Source: Octopus sinensis (Eukaryota). From it: 64,000 nucleotides of DNA. Below, one piece after another: positions 12,781-25,914 of this stretch; position 1 is the stretch's first letter; every line of letters starts with the position of its first letter. The notes below the pieces were generated by a model that was not told the origin of the DNA, did not search any database, and worked only from the letters and a program-made list of their open reading frames with translations. Both the position numbers and the translations under genes were made by a program. The stretch covers positions 135,284,001-135,348,000 of the forward strand of contig NC_043000.1 of NCBI RefSeq assembly GCF_006345805.1. Direction: 5' to 3'.

Positions 12781-13627
12781 GTTTATATATTTGTTGTGCA
12801 AGATTTTTTATGTGAAGTCGTTTCGGAATGGTCAAGAAGCATAGGCGAGCGGGTAAATGAACATTGGAGAGAACTCAAGGAAGGTAAAAGCTCATCGATT
12901 CTGTACCAACACGCCGAACAGGAACACGGGGGATCAATCAACAACATAGAAATTAAAATATTGTCCAGACATAGAACAGATGCAACAATCAGACAAATTA
13001 CAGAAGCTACACACATAATAGAAAATAAACCTAGCCTGAATAGGAAACTAGAAGGGAACACTAGCACACACCACAACATATGACGGTAGAGGATCCCAAT
13101 AAACTGATTACAATATAAACAAAACCGAAAACATAATAAATAAAATACACAGATAAATAAACAAATAGAAATAAATAACTATATAAGTTTTTTTTAATCT
13201 AAAAGATTTTTTTGATTTATTATTATTATTACTAGTATTGTTGTTATACATACATACATACATATATACAAGCATATGTAATGATAATGATAAGTGGATG
13301 TAAACACATGAACAAAATAAGAAGAAACAAAAACAGCAAAAACAAATTACATGAACGTATATAAACAGAAGATACAAATATAACAGGCATCCACCCCACA
13401 CACACACTAAATAAACATAGACGCACATAGGGATATAAGCATGCGCAAATGAAGACATACAATAGAAATACAAAATGCCTGACGGTTAGTAACGAGAGAC
13501 ACAAATAAGAAAGAAGAAAACAAAGGACCACTGATGCGGTCACAGGAGTGTGACGAAAGAACTCTGGCCGAAATAAAATTAAGATTAATGTAACAAAATA
13601 AATAACACTGAAGCAAAATAACACCAA
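12777..13627 (+). mobile_element. 3' end of a Penelope-like retroelement (GIY-YIG remnant plus pseudo-LTR) inside (TA)n
   Basis: ORF 12796-13083 SEWSRSIGERVNEH...SILYQH...IRQITEATHIIENKPSLNR fits the PLE GIY-YIG C-terminal half. Followed by an A/C-rich UTR, a hammerhead motif and AATAAA (13572). Confidence 0.8.
13526..13569 (+). ncRNA. Minimal type-I hammerhead ribozyme motif (A9 replaced by C)
   Basis: gacca-CTGATGC-g-gtcaca-ggag-tgtgac-GAAAG-aa-CTC-tggcc; 6-bp stem II, 4/5-bp stem I, predicted cut after C13564. Confidence 0.7.
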
Positions 13628-13684
13628 ATATATAGTGCGTGTGTTTTTATTGGCTAAACTGGCAAAATGACCATTCCGAAATAT

Positions 13685-13736
<52 letters not shown>

Positions 13737-13904
13737 TATATATGGAAGATTGGCTTGATTTAATTAATCAGGTTAGTTTACCATAAACAGCAGACGAAAC
13801 GGTGCATCGTACAAGAAATTACAGGGTAAATGTTTTTTTAAATTTTCTCGTTTACGGAATGATATGAAGCTTGGCTGTTATATGAATGGCCTATTTATTA
13901 TTGT

Positions 13905-14029
<125 letters not shown>

Positions 14030-14036
14030 ATATATC

Positions 14037-14146
<110 letters not shown>

Positions 14147-14436
14147 CATATGTGTGTGTGTGTACATATAAATGCATATATACATACGCGTATATTTGTA
14201 CATATACACATACATACACACGCACACAAGTCTTTATACCTGTCAAGACTATAGAAATTATAGTACAAGTACAAATAAAGGACAGAGATGAAGAAAATAA
14301 ATGTATAGAGAAAATATTAAGAAGAAATTAAAAATAAAACAAAAATACGATAAAACAAAAAATAATAAAATAAAATGCAATAAAGTGAAAAAAAATCAGT
14401 TCGGATTTTTCGTGCATCTTTTCTCCATTCTCTACA

Positions 14437-14822
14437 AGGAGTAGGAGTGGCTGTGTAGTAAGTAGCTCACTTACCAACCAGATGGTTCTGGGTTCAGCCC
14501 CACTGCATGGTACCTTGGGCAAGTGTCTTCTACTATAGCCTCGGGCCGACCGAAGCCTTGTGAGTGGATTTGGTAGACGGAAACTGAAAGAAGCCCATCG
14601 TATATATGTGTTTGGGTGTCTGTGTTTGTTCCCCCAACATCGCTTGACAACCGATGCTGGTGTGTTTACGCCCCCGTAACTTAGCGGTTTGACAAAAGAG
14701 ACCGATAGAATAAGTACTAAGCTTAAAAAAAATAAATCTTGGGGTCGATTTGCTCAACTAAATGCGGTGCTCGAGCATGGCCAAAGTCAAATGACTGAAA
14801 TAAGTAAAAGAGTAAAAGAGTA
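14437..14822 (+). mobile_element. SINE family B (tRNA head, CORE-like accttgggcaagt body, gagtaaaa tail)
   Basis: A-box tggctgtgtagtaag, B-box ggttcagccc. Other copies at 24004-24300(+), 29080-29423(-), 29833-30312(-), 33781-33880(+), 48033-48556(-), 63267-63676(-). Confidence 0.9.
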
Positions 14823-15571
14823 CGTTTGCTTGAAGAGGTCAATGGCCAACATCCCTCTAATATGACATTGCTGAAATGCGAAGCCAGAGACATTGGCTTG
14901 CAATTCCATACATCTGTTCCATTTCTTTCTGAAAGGACATATACCCTCTTTCAAATTTTAGGAGGTTTAACACATTCCAGAATAATTTTCGGAAAAGTTC
15001 TCGAAGCAGATTAGCTAAGGAATTATTTTTCGGCACGTTTAAAGGAGATTTGTAAAGAAGCTTTCAGGGCTTGTTGAGATTAAATACATTTCGTCTATAG
15101 CAGCTATTACATCAGTTTCCTCTACGTCTGTGTAACTGAGGATTGTAACTTCTTTATGAAAGACTCCAGTGTCGAAAAACACTGTTGGCTCAGCTATTTG
15201 TGTACGAACAGGGAGGTGAAAATAGTATTGAATTGTTCATTGAGAGGACATTGCAGTGTGTGACCCACTTCCTTTAAACAATATCACTATTTTGCGGTGC
15301 ACAGAGGCTGTTTCATTCGCGAAACTCTAAAGGATTTTGAGGTTAGTTTTTATGTTTTTTCAAAGATCAGGTTGCCTTTATTGCTCTTTCATTTTCATGA
15401 GAGTACTTTATTTTATTCTCAAAGAATTTGAGCGGCCGTTTTAGTTTCTTAATTTCTCAATTATTTGTTTATTCAAATTATTTCAAAACGGTTTCCTCTG
15501 CCTCCTTCATATATATATGTATGCGCGCGTATGTGCATATCTGTATATGCATACATGCATACAAAAACATG

Positions 15572-15602
<31 letters not shown>

Positions 15603-15605
<3 letters not shown>

Positions 15606-15903
15606 CACCGTGATCACCGTGACCGACCAGGCTATCAGATGTTGCTACACATCGCTGGTCACAATGCGCTTCGCATTGTTTTAGCCTTCAAATGATGCCA
15701 CCCCGCTGGCCAACAGAAGAAAGAGTGAGAGAAAGTTGTGGCGAAAGAGTACAGCAGGGATCGCCACCACCCCCTGCCGGAGCCTAGTGGAGCTTTAGGT
15801 GTTTTCGGTCAATAAGCACTCACAACGCCCGGTCTGGGAATCGAAACCGCGATCCTACGACCGCGAGTCCGCTGTCCTAACCACTGGGCCATTGCGCCTC
15901 CAC
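15603..15903 (-). mobile_element. SINE family C (tRNA head ggaggcgcaatggcccagtggttagg), tail type 1
   Basis: Head matches 27225-27410; A and B boxes present; ends ggtcggtcacggtgatcacggtga next to (TA)n. Confidence 0.85.
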
Positions 15904-15936
15904 TTATATGTATATATATAATATAGATATATATAT

Positions 15937-15984
<48 letters not shown>

Positions 15985-16008
15985 CATTATATATATATAT
16001 ATATATAT

Positions 16009-16045
<37 letters not shown>

Positions 16046-16078
16046 CTATATATATATATAATATATATATATACATAC

Positions 16079-16134
<56 letters not shown>

Positions 16135-16240
16135 TAACATAAGAGGGATCAGCCATCTGAATGTGGCTAGGGTCAGGGCGGGGTGGTGGGGGTGTTACTG
16201 ATGCATTTAGCCCCAATATATATATATATATATATATATA

Positions 16241-16595
16241 ATAATAAATTTAGGAATAAATCCAAATTTACAGGGAAAAATCAGATTTAGTATAATCCAA
16301 TTTTATAGTAAAATTATATTATATTAAATTAGAGACAAAACCACTATTATGCAAATCAAACAAAGAAAGACTTAAGCCAATACATAAATTAATTTATATA
16401 AATTTTGAAATTTAACAATTATAATTGCTAAATTTCTAAATTTATATAATTAATTTATGTATTGGCTTAAGTCTTTCTTTGTTTGATTTGCATAATAGTG
16501 GTTTTGTCTCTAATTTAATATAATATAATATTTATAAAAATTGGATTCAATCCTAAATCTGATTTTCCTGTAAATTTGGATTTATTCCCTATATT

Positions 16596-16601
<6 letters not shown>
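16241..16601. repeat. ~360-bp loopless AT-rich palindrome (foldback/MITE-like) within (TA)n
   Basis: Arms ~180 bp, e.g. gagacaaaaccactattatgcaaatcaaacaaagaaagacttaagccaatac and its reverse complement; centre caatta|taattg at 16421/16422. Confidence 0.9.
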
Positions 16602-16633
<32 letters not shown>

Positions 16634-16761
16634 ATAAATACGTACATGTGTGCATAAGTACATAAGTACTTAACATGGATATATGTATATTTATATATTG
16701 AACACTGCATTAGCTAAATATATGATATTCCATTTAAGTAGACGCTACTATGCACAATTTA

Positions 16762-17650
16762 CGAGGGATGATTCAATAACTAACCGGACTGTTACCATAG
16801 TAACGAAGCAGAATATAGCCGCTTTGCACAGAGTGACCTTGAACTCTGCTATGCATGCGCACTAAGTTTTAACGTTCTAGTTCACTTCCACTGTTTACAG
16901 CACTGATTGGAAGGAGGGTGTGTAGCGTGTGATCGTCGCATTGACCATGACAGAGAGAGTTGTTATGACGATACTTACTCAGAGACCGACGCAAAGTCGC
17001 AGAAAGTGTATGGAGAGGAGTATACGAGCCGCACACAAGTGTACGAGTGGTTCAGACATTTCCAAGATAGCTGAAAAAATTTCGATATCGACAGATATTT
17101 TGGGAGACCTGCAACCAGCAGAACTGAGGAAAACATCGCAGATGTGCGTGCAGCTGTGAGGGTAAATTGTCTAATCACCATCTGTAAGTTATCAAAGGGT
17201 GTGCAGATTAGTTACGGTTCAGTTCAGTCCATTATCACCGAAGATTTGGGTATGAGACGTGTACCAAATTTGTGCTAAAACTGCTTTCACCTAACCAAAA
17301 AGACACTGGGATTTCAGTAGCACAAGATCTTGATTGTGTCGCGAATGATGAAATCTTTTTGAAAACTTTGCGTAGGCCTCTGAGCAGGTATCACTAAGCT
17401 TTTGGCAAAATTTGATGTAGGTTCACTGCTAAATTGTCTCTGTCATGGTCAATGCGGCGATCACACGCTACACACCTTCCTTTGAATCACTGCTGTAAAC
17501 AGCGGAAGTGATCTATAACGTTAAAACTTAGTGCTTCAAAGAAATGTGTGTAGCGTGTGATCGTCGCATTGATTTTGACAGAGACAATTTAGCAGAGAAC
17601 CTACATCAAATTTTGCCAAAAGCTTGGTGATACCTGTTCAGAGGCCTACT
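16762..17650 (+). mobile_element. Rearranged mariner derivative with inverted duplications of its 5' region
   Basis: Starts TA|cgaggg; remnant RTQVYEWFRHFQ; ~16860-16955 is inverted at ~17438-17534; same family as 39699-40260. Confidence 0.75.
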
Positions 17651-18377
17651 CAAGGTTTCTTACACTTAATTATATTCAACTTTATTATTTATTGTCCTTT
17701 GTATTAAATCTTTCGCCTCATATACTATAACCTCTTCAGGGACTCTCCATTCCAGATGACTCCTTTTGAAGTGCATGTGGTTATTTGGCAAAAATAAAAT
17801 GACCAATTTGTATAAGATTTTATACCTGTCATCACATTTTTGTATGATCACATGTAGAACTCTAACTCTTGCCAAAATGTTTTCTCTGTGACCCGAACAG
17901 ATCCACTTGATGTGTATGTATCAAATCTTATTCAACAAACAATGAGTCGTAAAGTAACGGCTCACTCAGACTACGCTCTGAATAAATATTATTCCAGCCT
18001 ATCTATTCATTGTGTACTTTCTTTCGCCAATTTGCATCTCAAACCAGTGGGATATCACCAACAGCACACAGACAAAGACTCACACAAAAACACACACACA
18101 CACACATACATACACTCACACACACACAAACACGCACACAAATATTCGAGCGTGTGCGCGTGTTCGTGTACGTGTGAATGGATGCTAGTATGTGTGTGTG
18201 CATATATAAACATTCGTATATATTTTTATGCAAGTACTTATATTATATATATATATATATATGTAAGCACACACGCGCGCACACACACATATGTGTATGT
18301 ATTTGCATGTGTGCGTGTATATACACACATATACCTATATAGAAACATGTATATATAAGTTTCTTTCTACATATGCG

Positions 18378-18410
<33 letters not shown>

Positions 18411-18418
18411 GTGTGTGT

Positions 18419-18475
<57 letters not shown>

Positions 18476-18765
18476 CAGACAGATAAAGATAATGTGTGTG
18501 TATTTGTGTGAATGTGTGTGTGTGTATGTGTGTGTACGTGCATTTACGTATACAAGTATATATATATACAATGGAGCAAACCATAAAACAATACAAGAAC
18601 TACAACACAACAAATGCGTTGAACACTGGACTTATTTCAAATACAGACCCATATACAAATTACATGAATGAAATCGAATCTATACTAACTATCCTTTCAC
18701 TTGTTTCAGCCAGAGGTTATAACCAAGCTGAAACATCCTGCTTGGTGTAATTTATTGTTTATTTC

Positions 18766-19039
18766 GATTCACTTCAACATTTAAGTTTAATTTGTCAAAA
18801 TATTTTCGTCGCTTTGAGACCGCGACCTGTTCACTGGCAAAAACCCGTGTTGTCAGTGAACAGGTCGCGGCCTTAAAGCGACGAAAATATTTTGACAAAT
18901 TAAACTTAAATGTTGAAGTGAATCGAACGGCTTTTGTGTGTTTCTTAAATGGCTTACAAACACCTTCCACGCTGCAATTGTTTTCGTTCCAGCACACGAT
19001 CTCAGATCAAATCACTTACTATGCAAGTACATCTCCGTA
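18766..19039. mobile_element. Short element with inverted pseudo-LTR-like duplication (78-bp arms) carrying two hammerhead motifs
   Basis: Arms 18763-18840 and 18850-18927 (3 mismatches, 9-nt spacer); candidate 12-bp TSD attgtttatttc at 18754-18765 and 19040-19051. Confidence 0.7.
18850..18898 (+). ncRNA. Minimal type-I hammerhead variant with G3:C8 core (mirror copy on - at 18792-18840)
   Basis: ttgtca-GTGAACA-g-gtcgc-ggccttaaa-gcgac-GAAAA-ta-TTT-tgacaa: 6-bp stem I, 5-bp stem II, self-complementary stem III. Confidence 0.65.
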
Positions 19040-19752
19040 ATTGTTTATTTCATTTCATTTTTACGGCCCCCTCTCTGTTTCTTTGTCAATGAGGGAGTTG
19101 GACAACACCTTCACCATATGCGTTTCTTGCCGTGATGTTGGTTCATCTCATATAAATTTTTGTGTTAGTGATTTTGAATACATCCGCATCTACGCCTTGT
19201 AGATCACCGAGGAAATAGAGCCTCAGTTATTTTTGGTCTCACCCAGTAGGTCATCTGTTGCATTGGAGTAACCTGCTAGGTGTAACAACGATGGATTGCC
19301 TCCAGTATTTGACGCTATTCGGTAATCACAATTACAGGTACGTAGCAATCCAGGTGACTGAGTAAACCAAGATGGTCTACTTTTCTTTTATTCTGAATGA
19401 TATCAGAATCCAATCAGTCAGTCACCTGCATATTGCAATGTGCACACGGAATGATGCATCTCTTCTCCTATGGATTCCCAGATAAAACATTAATTGTGAG
19501 TCTGGGATTACAATAATCCTGACCTTGTGCATCCCGATTGCAACCTGTTTGTGGGGTGACAGCAAAGCACAAATTTCCCCGTGAAACTATATGATGCCTT
19601 TTTCAACCCACTTGTATTATTTCTCTCAGGTCTTTCTGTTGCTTTGCATTATCATCAGAGGTTTTGACTGATTGTGATACTTTGTCAATGTAACTAGTGG
19701 TAGTGACTAATGATAGTGAATTTGTATCCTTAAAGTATCTAGTGGTATGACT

Positions 19753-19982
19753 GCGACGAGCTGGCAGAAACGTTAGCACGCCGGGCGAAATGCGTAGCCG
19801 TATTTCGTCTGTCGTTACGTTTTGAGTTCAAATTCCGCCGAGGTCGACTTTGCCTTTCATCCTTTCGAGGTCGATTAAATAAGTATCAGTTACGCACTGG
19901 GATCGATATAATCGACTTAATAACTATGTCTGTCCTTGTTTGTCCCCTCTGTGTTTAATCCCTTGTAGGTAATAAAGGAATA
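19753..19982 (+). mobile_element. SINE family A, full length
   Basis: Same sequence as 4614-4850; flanking direct repeat ggtatgact. Confidence 0.88.
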
Positions 19983-20149
19983 GGTATGACTTAAAGCATG
20001 TCCGAGAGAGCCACCATACAACAGTAACGATCTTAATTCAAACAGCTGTATCTCTGTGAAACCTTACTAAGAATAGATAACGCCTCGGAAGTTGTAGACT
20101 ACAACTGACTGACTCTTTTTTTCAAACTTTTATGCATTTAGCTTCCTAT

Positions 20150-20850
20150 GATGTTAATGTTTGTCTGTATTTATATCTACTGTTATATTTAGGAACTTAG
20201 CTATCGTTAAATTAATGTTAATTATTATGTTTAAGCCAAACTCCCAAAGTATTTCTTTTAAATCTTTTGTAAGGCAGTGACTATTCATATTGCATAAGAT
20301 TTCTAAGCCATCATCACGGCTTACAATCTTTAGTAGTGGGAGTTGTTTACTCTTTGAGAAGTATCATTAAGTACATTAAATCGACCATTTCAGCTATATC
20401 GTAGCTTTTCATGTAGATAGTGAACTGAAGGACATCCTCCTTTATAAAACAGCAGAAATTATCATAATGCAACAGTGGCTTCCTGGCTTTCATTACTAAC
20501 CTAATGTCCAGCTCACTAACTGTGGTGACTTCTCTTATGAAATTTGTGTCTTTCAGGAGGATACATTTAAGTGTAGATAGATGAATGTTCACGATATGAA
20601 ATTGGGTTAAGTTGCATGCTGATTTGCTTTCGATAAACTATATATCTCCAAAGACCACACCTCGAGATACAGTTGTCAAAATACATTACGTGCTAACTCA
20701 GAAGATTCTGCTTTTCCAAAGGAGTGGTATGTTGATCGACCATATCACCTCCGGGAAACAGAATAATGTTACACGGGACTCACACCGAACAATTTCAAAA
20801 GAGGTTAGAATCAGTATCTTAATTCATTTCAGTAAAAAAATTTTTTAAAT
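20150..20850 (-). pseudogene. Decayed Penelope-like reverse transcriptase fragment
   Basis: LVMKARKPLL...FTIYMKSYDIAEMVDL (cf. FDVTMGSYDGAEVCEL) and SRDDGL (cf. YRDDGL) near 20300-20320. Confidence 0.65.
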
Positions 20851-21487
20851 ACATGAATCCCAATTTATCTTAAGAACCACGGATGTGAATGCTACCCAAT
20901 TCAGTACAGCATTTTTGATATTTCATATGAAAAACAGTAGCTCCATATTTCAACGGGACAATAGCTGTCGGGTTTATTATTATTATCATTGTTGTTGTTG
21001 TTGTTGTTATTTATTATTATTGTTATTATTGTTATTGTTCTTATTATTAATATTATTATTCATGCCATCAAAGTGACACTGGGGTAAAATATACGAAGCC
21101 CAATATACCCATCATGACTACCCGTCCGATAAAGGTACACCAGGCACATGCATCACAACCATATGTGCGCGACATAGTGATCTCATATCAAGATAAACAG
21201 CACATGACCTTGCAGGTGGGGCCCAGTTAGAATTTTCTTCAGGTTGAGTAGTCCATCCCGCTCAAAAGGTCCCTGAATAAGGGTTGTTTAAGGATGTTGA
21301 AAGAACCACCCATGTTTCCAGAGGTGAATTATTCAAACCCCAAAGAATCCCTCTCAACACATGGCTATGATGCTCCCCCACTACTTCTGCTCGTGATCAG
21401 AGATGCACATATCGTCAGCCACTAAGGGACATGCTCAACTGGTTACGGTCAAACAACTGACAAGCAAATCTGTTGTATTGAGCAGAA

Positions 21488-21489
<2 letters not shown>

Positions 21490-21558
<69 letters not shown>

Positions 21559-21572
21559 ATTAATTATTATTA

Positions 21573-21624
<52 letters not shown>

Positions 21625-21690
21625 ATTATATATTATTATTATTATATTATTATTATTATTATTATATTATTATTATTATTATTATTATCA
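21490..21690. repeat. (TTA)n microsatellite
   Basis: Direct reading. Confidence 0.95.
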
Positions 21691-22168
21691 TCGTTATTAA
21701 TTTTGAGCAGATATTGAAGCAACCAGCCACATCCGCCAGTCGGAGGTCAGAGATACTATCTATCACCATAGAAATAGCTTATCCTGGATAATTTCCAGGT
21801 ACTTCAATACCCGAGACTAACACAAATTTATAGACATCCGAAAAGCTACGGCAGTAGCAGCTCCTGATAACCATATAGCATAGGTTGTGTAATTTCCAGA
21901 ATTCGCATAACGGAAGCTCACACACTTCCGTTTACCTCTGCAACGTATTTCCGCGATGTGACACACCGTGGCCAATAAAAACTGGTCTGATTAGTACTCT
22001 GCAAAGTCACCAGCATCCTCGATTAGTCACAAAATTAGATCCGATTGCTCACACGTATAATTAATGTTTGGGAAACACCTAGTATGGATGAGATTAATCC
22101 CCAACTATCATTATATATGTGTGTGCTCGTGTGTATGTATGAGTGTATATTCAAATATCTGTGTGTAT

Positions 22169-22271
<103 letters not shown>

Positions 22272-23275
22272 CATACGCATACATGTCAGTTAGATATATC
22301 TCCATGCAAGAAATTACATACACACGCATACATAAAGACATGTGGGTGAGAACGAATGTTAGTTAGGTGGCGGCCTTATACATTTCGTCTACATTATCTT
22401 AACTATCTCAAAACAATTTCATTTATTTATTTATGCATTCATTCATTCAGTTATTCATTCATTCATTTCAGTAACGGGTGCATCAGGCCAAAGTAGAACC
22501 CCATACGAAACAGTGTATGCGTTTCAAAAGTTGCCCCGCTGCTGCCTGGACGGATTGGCTTCTTCGTTGCTCTCTTTGAAAACAGGCATGCGTGTCGATG
22601 AAAACACTGCAAGATCATAGATCATCTGAGCTTCTTCAGATTCGTTCAGTTCCCCCTGGGGCGATGATGAGCCATGCCGAATTCCCTCGCAACTTTCCTT
22701 CCTATCCCATCAAGAAAACCGCGAATAGCTGCTTTTTAAATTATAATCCCGCTGACAAAATAACCATTACGCTTTCCGTCCTTCCCTCCTATTTTATTTT
22801 ATTTTATTTTATTTTATTTCTTACTTATTTTTTCTTTCTTTCTCTTTTTTTTTTGTTTTTGCTGTGCCTTCACTTTACTTTTTTTTTTTTATTATCTACA
22901 TTCTATTTTGTAGTATTCCTTTCTTTCTAACTCAATCCCCTTTCTTCAGAGGCCAGCATGGAGTCAAGATGTTTCGGTATTGTTGTATTCCTCAGACCTT
23001 TGCGCTTTTGTATTTCTTCCAACAACTATTTTCGCATTCGAAGCGAAAATCCGGTCACAAATTTCTTGAGACGTAAATTCTTCCCCCCACTCTCTCTCTC
23101 TTTCTATATCTCTCTCTTTCTCTCTTTCTCTGTACACGCATTCACGTTCAAATTCGTACATGCATACATACACATACGTATGTGCACACATATACATACA
23201 TGCATACATACACATATATACACGCACACACACACATACATGCATTCATACACACATATGCACACCGTATATCGG

Positions 23276-23327
<52 letters not shown>

Positions 23328-23330
23328 ATG

Positions 23331-23416
<86 letters not shown>

Positions 23417-24993
23417 CAGATAGATAGACGAACCAAATATATAAATACGTGCAAATTCACACTCACCTATATATGTGAGAACGAGAGTGCTTGTGTATGG
23501 GCATGTATGTGTATACCTAAGTGTTGGGAACGAACTAGAGAGGCGAGAGAGAGAGAGAGAGAATAGCAAACGGGAAAGAGAAGTGAGATATATTTGATGT
23601 TTGTGCGTGAGTCAGTGTGATTGCGTGTTTCAATTTAGGATCAGATTTTCTATATTTCTGTTACTATATTCCTACTACTAGTTATTTGGTTCTCACTGCT
23701 GCTGTCACTGGTTGTATTGTTTACATTATTATTGTTGCAAATAATAATGATGACGAACTGCCACCTACCTGTGTGTTTATGTTTTGGCTCTACACCTGAG
23801 TTCCTCGTGCATAACAGTTTCGATTTAATTTTTTGAGTTTCGGTATATGACTTAACCCTTTGAACTAACAAAGCATCAATTATGTATGTATGTATGTATG
23901 TATGTATGTATGTATGTATGTATGTATGTATGTATGTATGTATGTATGTTTGTATGTATGTTTGTATGTATGTATGTATGTTTGTATGTATGTATGTATG
24001 TATGAGTGGCTGTGTGGTAAGTAGCTTGCTAACCAACAACATGGTTCCAGGTTCAGTCCCACTGCGTGGCATCTTGGGCAAGTGTCTTCTGCTATAGCCC
24101 CGGGCCGACCAATGCCTTGTGAGTGGATTTGGTAGACGGAAACTGAAAGAAGCCTGTCGTATATATGTATATGTATGTGTATGTGTTTTTGTGTCTGTGT
24201 TTGTACCCCTAGCATTGCTTGACAACCGATGCTGGTGTGTTTACGTCCCCGTCACTTAGCGGTTCGGCAAAAGAGACCGATAGAATAAGTACTGGGCTTA
24301 GAATTTCAACATCAAGAACAGGGGATATTCAGTTTGTATGTATGCATATATGTATGTATGTTTGTATGTATGTATGTATGTATGTATGTATGTATGTATG
24401 TATGTATGTATGTATGTGCAATAGAAGTGGTGTACACATTTTCTATATTAAGTAAAATGAGGTAGGTTTTGAATAAAAGTATATATTTAGCGCTTTCGCT
24501 CCTTTCGGGAATACATCATGAATAATTTCTTAAAGAAAATTCTATAAGAAAATTCCATAAGAAATCATTCCTGGTGAAACCCTGAAAAGAACAGAAACGC
24601 TAAATAAATAGTTTTTATCCAAATCCTGACAACCTCTTTTTTCTTAATGTATATATCTGTGTGTATGTGCCTGTGCATGCGTGCGTGTGTATGTGTGTGT
24701 GTAAGTATAAATGTATGTATATATGTATGTATAACGGCTAACATATACGCAACATCACTTCTACCTTCCAAAGGGAATAACTACACTAGAGACAAAAGCA
24801 TCTCCAGAACTGAATTAGGGTCACTAGAGTGCCAAAGCTTTCTATATTTTTGCAAAAACGTAAATTTCTTCATCCAGTAGCAACTAATTGATGAACGCCA
24901 TATTCTTTCACTTTGATGCCAAAGCTCTGCTAGAGATTTTAGAGAAATAATGTCGATCTGTCGCCAGCAATCTTAATGCAGCTTTACAGAGTA

Positions 24994-25387
24994 CTAGCAG
25001 TATCGCCCGGCGTTGCTCGGGTTTATTTCGACCCTTTAGAATTGGAATTTTTGAAAAGTAAAAATTTTGCATTGTGTAGCTTGTTATTATCTTTAAGTGA
25101 ACATTTTTCTGGTTGAAATACACCGAAAAATGGCGACACAGCAGTCAAAAGATCGTAAAAAATAGAGATTTTCATAGAAAAAAAAAGCACCTTTTTGATG
25201 TAGATAATTTTGGCTGTTAACATGGTTCGATTTAAATTTTTTCTCCTACGGAAGAAAGATCAAGCCTCCTTCTATCATACTCTCAATTTTGATCAACTTG
25301 CGTCGCTGGGTCTCGGAAGTGATAGTGTTAGTTGAAGGTTCCCAAACCTGCCATACACAGACAACTTCAGCTTTATATATAGCGAGA
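24994..25387 (-). mobile_element. Non-autonomous Helitron
   Basis: Minus strand A|TC... ending cccgagcaacgccggg hairpin + cgatactgCTAG|T, no TSD; same 3' terminus as 42810-43115. Confidence 0.75.
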
Positions 25388-25462
25388 TTGATGAAGTAAA
25401 TCCTCAACATACTTCCCTAACTTTTTGTATGTATGTATATTTGTACATATATTTATGTTTGT

Positions 25463-25501
<39 letters not shown>

Positions 25502-25914
25502 GTGTGTGTGCATGCATATATGTGAGTATATATGTATATTTGTACATATATTTATGTTTGTAAGTGTGTGTGTGTGTGTGTATGTGTGTGTGCATGCATA
25601 TATGTGAGTATATATGTATATTTGTACATATATTTATGTTTGTAAGTGTGTGTGTGTGTTATGTGTGTGTGCATGCATATATGTGATATATAGTATATTT
25701 GTACATATATTTTATGTTTGTAAGTGTTGTGTGTGTTGTGTGTGTGTGTTTTATGGATGTGGTTATTGTGTGCATGCATATATGTGTGTGTGAGTTTTTA
25801 TATGTGGTGAGTATATGTTGTGTGTGTGTGTGCATACATATTCAGATGAACAATTTGTTAAAATAGCTATATATATAAAATTATGTATACCATGTATACA
25901 CATGCGCGTTAATA

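Noticed and set aside
21073-21490. Complex island between (TTA)n tracts, possibly a LINE end
   Set aside because: Single copy in the window with no motif I can assign.
22525-22752. Unique GC-richer patch that might be a minus-strand exon
   Set aside because: All frames from the candidate acceptor stop early; no recognisable protein.
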